24,000 nucleotides of DNA, from contig JAUYCX010000015.1 in NCBI GenBank assembly GCA_030692045.1, positions 60,065 through 84,064 of the forward strand. The letters are read 5' to 3'. The notes beneath the pieces are model-generated. The model made no database searches, was not told the DNA's origin, and saw only the letters and a list, made by a program, of their open reading frames with translations. The stretch comes from Candidatus Omnitrophota bacterium (GTDB lineage: Bacteria; Omnitrophota; Gorgyraeia; JAUYCX01). Below, piece by piece: positions 21,329 through 24,000 of the stretch (position 1 is the first letter of the stretch; every line of letters begins with the position of its first letter). Position numbers and translations under genes: made by a program.

Positions 21329-22534
21329 ATGAAAAAAATTGCTATAAGAAACGAGGGTTTCACTTTGGTTGAAGTATTAGTTTCCACAGTGATTGCCGTA
21401 TTTATGGCAATTATTCTGTTGGGTTTGTTTCTGGTGGGCAGAAATTCCTGGTCAACAGGCGCAGTTTATATTGACCTGCAACAACAAGCGCGCCGGGCAA
21501 TGGATGCAATGGTTTGGGAATTAGCGCAAACTGGTATTGACTTAACTCAAGCAGTTGAGGTTAAGATACTTCCTTGCTCAAACAGCGATAACGAACCTCC
21601 AGAAGCCATCTGTTCAGGAGAAATGGTTTCCTTCAGTATACCAATAAGCACACCAGAGGACATTGGTTATACCATCTATAAACCAGATGGCACAATTAAG
21701 TGGGGTGATAAGGAAACTAGCCCTCTCAACCCTCTGGAACAAGCGGGAACAGAGGGCCGCACAATTAATTTTTATGTAGCAAAGCCTCCCTCAACTGATC
21801 CCTCAAAAACACTGGTTAGGCGAAGTTGGATTCAAACAGGCGTTGGCTGTTTCTTAGCCGGAACCACTATTTTGATGGCTGATTCAACACTTAGGCCTAT
21901 TGAACAGCTTAAAACAGGCGATGAGATTATGGCTTTTGATGAAGACTCAAAAGCCCTTGTTAAAGATAGGGTTAGCAAATTTTTTCAACACACGGCAGAT
22001 GAATATTTAATTATTAACCATAAAATTAAGCTTACAGCCAATCACCCTGTTTATTCTAATGGTAAGTGGTTAGAAATAGGCGTATTAAAAAAAGGAGATG
22101 CTTTGTTCAACTCTGAAGGCAAGCCAGAAATAATCAAAGATATAAAGAAGATTCGGGAAAAAGTTAAGGTCTACAATATCGAGGTTAATCCCTATCATAA
22201 TTATTTTGCCGGTGGGATATTGGCGCATAATAAACCTTTGCCTCCAGAAGAAATCCCCCGACCGCCTTGCGAGTGGTGCAAATTATGGGATGATTTTCTG
22301 TTTGTTAAAGAGGCCTTTGCAGTTGGAGGTGGAGGGGGAGCTACTTATGATATTACAAGGAAATATTTAGCATCTGATATTACTGAGGTAAATTTTGCAG
22401 GCTTTACAAGCTCAGGCGGTTCTACTGACACAAACCCAGATTTAATTGAAATTACTGTTACGGCAGAAAAAACAGCCCTTGCGGGAGGCAATATAACTTT
22501 ATCTCTAAAATCCCGAGTGACCTTGAAGAATTAA
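21329..22534 (+). CDS. Type IV pilin-like minor (pseudo)pilin carrying an internal Hint/intein-like domain
   Basis: Prepilin class-III signal MKKIAIRNEG/FTLVEVLVSTVIAVFMAIILLGL. PilW/GspJ-like segments (QQQARRAMDAMVWELAQTG at the N-end, ITLSLKSRVTLKN at the C-end). I chose the ATG at 21329 (SD AAAGGAG) rather than the track start at 21302, which lies inside the terminator hairpin. Confidence 0.85.
   Translation: MKKIAIRNEGFTLVEVLVSTVIAVFMAIILLGLFLVGRNSWSTGAVYIDLQQQARRAMDAMVWELAQTGIDLTQAVEVKILPCSNSDNEPPEAICSGEMVSFSIPISTPEDIGYTIYKPDGTIKWGDKETSPLNPLEQAGTEGRTINFYVAKPPSTDPSKTLVRRSWIQTGVGCFLAGTTILMADSTLRPIEQLKTGDEIMAFDEDSKALVKDRVSKFFQHTADEYLIINHKIKLTANHPVYSNGKWLEIGVLKKGDALFNSEGKPEIIKDIKKIREKVKVYNIEVNPYHNYFAGGILAHNKPLPPEEIPRPPCEWCKLWDDFLFVKEAFAVGGGGGATYDITRKYLASDITEVNFAGFTSSGGSTDTNPDLIEITVTAEKTALAGGNITLSLKSRVTLKN
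21848..22231 (+). other. Mini Hint domain (128 aa; bacterial intein-like) embedded in the pilin
   Basis: CFLAGTTILMADS (Cys1, block A), KLTANHPV (TxxH, block B), VYNIEVNPYHNYFAGGILAHN (blocks F/G, terminal HN). The next residue is Lys. There is no endonuclease insert. Confidence 0.8.
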
Positions 22535-22543
22535 TTTAGCAGT

Positions 22544-22580
22544 GATTACGCAGATTAATAAAAGAGATTACACAGATTTA
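22544..22580. repeat. Direct repeat GATTAC(G/A)CAGATT x2
   Basis: gattacgcagatta (22544-22557) and gattacacagattta (22566-22580). They share the ACACAGAT core with 8981-9024. Confidence 0.85.
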
Positions 22581-22594
22581 AGAAAAGTACTTAA

Positions 22595-24000
22595 ATGAAT
22601 AAGATACTTAAAAATAACCACGGATATGTATTAATTCTCTCATTCTTTATAATTATTTTGCTAATGGGATTATCTGGAGCGTTTTTTCTCAAAGGAGTGA
22701 ATGAAAAACTGAATGCTGAAAAATCCTTAAATGCGCTAAAAGCAGACTATGCCATCCAACAAGGCATAAATCATGCTATTTACGAATTACTAACACAAAA
22801 CAAAATAGATAATAACCCTCTACATGATAATATACCCTGGGCAACCCATACGCTTTTTTGTACTCCAGCTCCAGGAATATGTGCGTATCCATATCTACCA
22901 GATAATCCTTCTGGTAATAACCCTGCGTGGCCCTTTCCTATAACTTCATATTATGAACTTACAGAACAAATCCAAGCTAACACAACACCGGGCTTAGGTG
23001 CAATTGATACTACTGCTGGAAGCCCAACCTATGGTTGTTATGTTAAGCAAGATGCTGATGGCAACACAATTTATGCCGCAAAAATATATATTGATGCTGC
23101 CTCTCCTACTGAAAGGGTTATCTTAGTAAAAGGTTGTAGTGGTAATGTGTGCCGTTTAATAGTTACTAAATTCTCTGGAGAATCATTGTATAATTATTTT
23201 ATCTTCACTCCTTATGAATTTGGTTTTGGCTGGAAGATTTATGATGCCTCTGGAGGAAAAATTCACACTAATGGCGACTTTATTTTTTATGAAAGGGCTA
23301 CGATTAAGAACTTTTCTTCATTATCAGCTTTTGGATTTATGAGGTATGAAGTAAATTCTTATATTCCACCAGGACCTTGTGGACAATATTGTCCGGGCTC
23401 TCCACCTGGCACAACTTGGGAAGACATTTTCTGGAGCTGGCGAAAACCTTACTTTCCTGGCAAAAATCTTGCAGGAATAGATGTTCTTACTGGCCAGTGG
23501 AATGATAATGAAAACTGGTATGTAAATCAAAGTGACGGCCATTTATTCGGAAATAGTGGGAGTCTTTTTATGGAATTTCCTGTTGGCTCAGGAACATATG
23601 AAGAATGGGACCCAGATAAGTTTGGCTGTCCTCCAGAAGGCTGTCCTCCGCTTCTTCCTGATGCTCTTGTAGGCGACCCACTTTATGAACAGCTATATTT
23701 TACTGGTGCATTTCCTGTATTTTTTGATTTTGATAACTGGGGCCCACCGCACCCTCGTTTACCTATACCCAATGTCCTTTATGGCTATAATGGTGAAGCC
23801 TCTCCTCGCCAATGGAATATCTACAACATTGTTGAGGATGAGCCATACAGCTATCCTGAAGTCTTACAACCTAAGTGGTTTACAAACTCTGATTGGTTTC
23901 CTCAACGCTGGCAGGATTTTATTCAAAATAACCCGGTACAAGACCTAAGGGGTATTGTCAAAGAATCGCGTAGTGGCGGCAATTACATTAATCCCCAGCG
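22595..24000 (+). CDS. PilX-N-like pilus/pseudopilus protein, large Cys/Pro/aromatic-rich ectodomain, partial (continues beyond right edge)
   Basis: Absent from the track because it has no stop in the window. I translated it from ATG 22595 and found no stop to position 24000: MNKILKNNHGYVLILSFFIIILLMGLSGAFFLKGVNEKLNAEKSLNALKADYAIQQGINHAIYELL... This is a PilX N-terminal-type anchor. It is followed by CTPAPGICAYPY, KGCSGNVCRL, PGPCGQYCPGSPPG and FGCPPEGCPP. Confidence 0.7.
   Translation, partial: MNKILKNNHGYVLILSFFIIILLMGLSGAFFLKGVNEKLNAEKSLNALKADYAIQQGINHAIYELLTQNKIDNNPLHDNIPWATHTLFCTPAPGICAYPYLPDNPSGNNPAWPFPITSYYELTEQIQANTTPGLGAIDTTAGSPTYGCYVKQDADGNTIYAAKIYIDAASPTERVILVKGCSGNVCRLIVTKFSGESLYNYFIFTPYEFGFGWKIYDASGGKIHTNGDFIFYERATIKNFSSLSAFGFMRYEVNSYIPPGPCGQYCPGSPPGTTWEDIFWSWRKPYFPGKNLAGIDVLTGQWNDNENWYVNQSDGHLFGNSGSLFMEFPVGSGTYEEWDPDKFGCPPEGCPPLLPDALVGDPLYEQLYFTGAFPVFFDFDNWGPPHPRLPIPNVLYGYNGEASPRQWNIYNIVEDEPYSYPEVLQPKWFTNSDWFPQRWQDFIQNNPVQDLRGIVKESRSGGNYINPQ

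Noticed and set aside
21088-21387. 99-aa minus-strand ORF, and the 21302 start of the pilin ORF
   Set aside because: The minus ORF covers the structured leader and terminator and overlaps the pilin start, with no SD. The 21302 ATG lies inside the terminator hairpin, whereas the ATG at 21329 has an AAAGGAG SD and gives a canonical prepilin leader.
21848-22231. Canonical self-splicing intein
   Set aside because: The residue after the terminal His-Asn is Lys rather than Cys, Ser or Thr, and there is no homing endonuclease domain. It is treated as a BIL-type autoprocessing Hint domain pending experiment.
23324-23948. ORFs 23324-23542 (minus) and 23685-23948 (plus)
   Set aside because: Both lie within the long uninterrupted frame of the PilX-like gene (22595 to the window end), one antisense and one out of frame.

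Overview
AT-rich bacterial chromosomal segment. Genes lie on the minus strand up to about 21 kb; a divergent plus-strand pilus or pseudopilus locus follows and runs off the right edge. Minus-strand genes from left to right in window coordinates: mnmE (partial, missing from the ORF track), folC, an orphan 207-aa gene, purH, a P-loop-less YchF-like protein, an EF-G paralogue, a DJ-1/PfpI protein, a ferritin-like protein, csp, rpsU (52 aa, missing from the track), a zinc-ribbon protein, pterin-4a-carbinolamine dehydratase, a beta-CASP/MBL RNase, lysine 2,3-aminomutase, two tandem Ddl-family ATP-grasp ligases, an atypical NRAMP with a PRC/MgtE-N/CBS partner, endonuclease III and a PAC2-family protein. 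No tRNA, rRNA, CRISPR array, transposase or integrase was recognised. Five things deserve a second look. (1) A minor-pilin gene is interrupted by a 128-aa Hint (intein-like) module that lacks a +1 nucleophile, and it sits behind a structured leader ending in an intrinsic terminator. (2) A roughly 0.7-kb GC-enriched, densely self-complementary noncoding block lies between the orphan gene and purH. It shares sequence modules and compensatory stem changes with three-hairpin modules in two other spacers. (3) A lysine 2,3-aminomutase is coupled to twin ATP-grasp ligases. (4) An NRAMP with Mg-type (NRMT-like) site substitutions is translationally coupled to a soluble MgtE-N/CBS protein. (5) Short-period (7-10 nt) tandem arrays occur in many spacers and in frame inside mnmE and folC. 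All functional calls come from reading motifs by eye. No database search or RNA covariance model was run.
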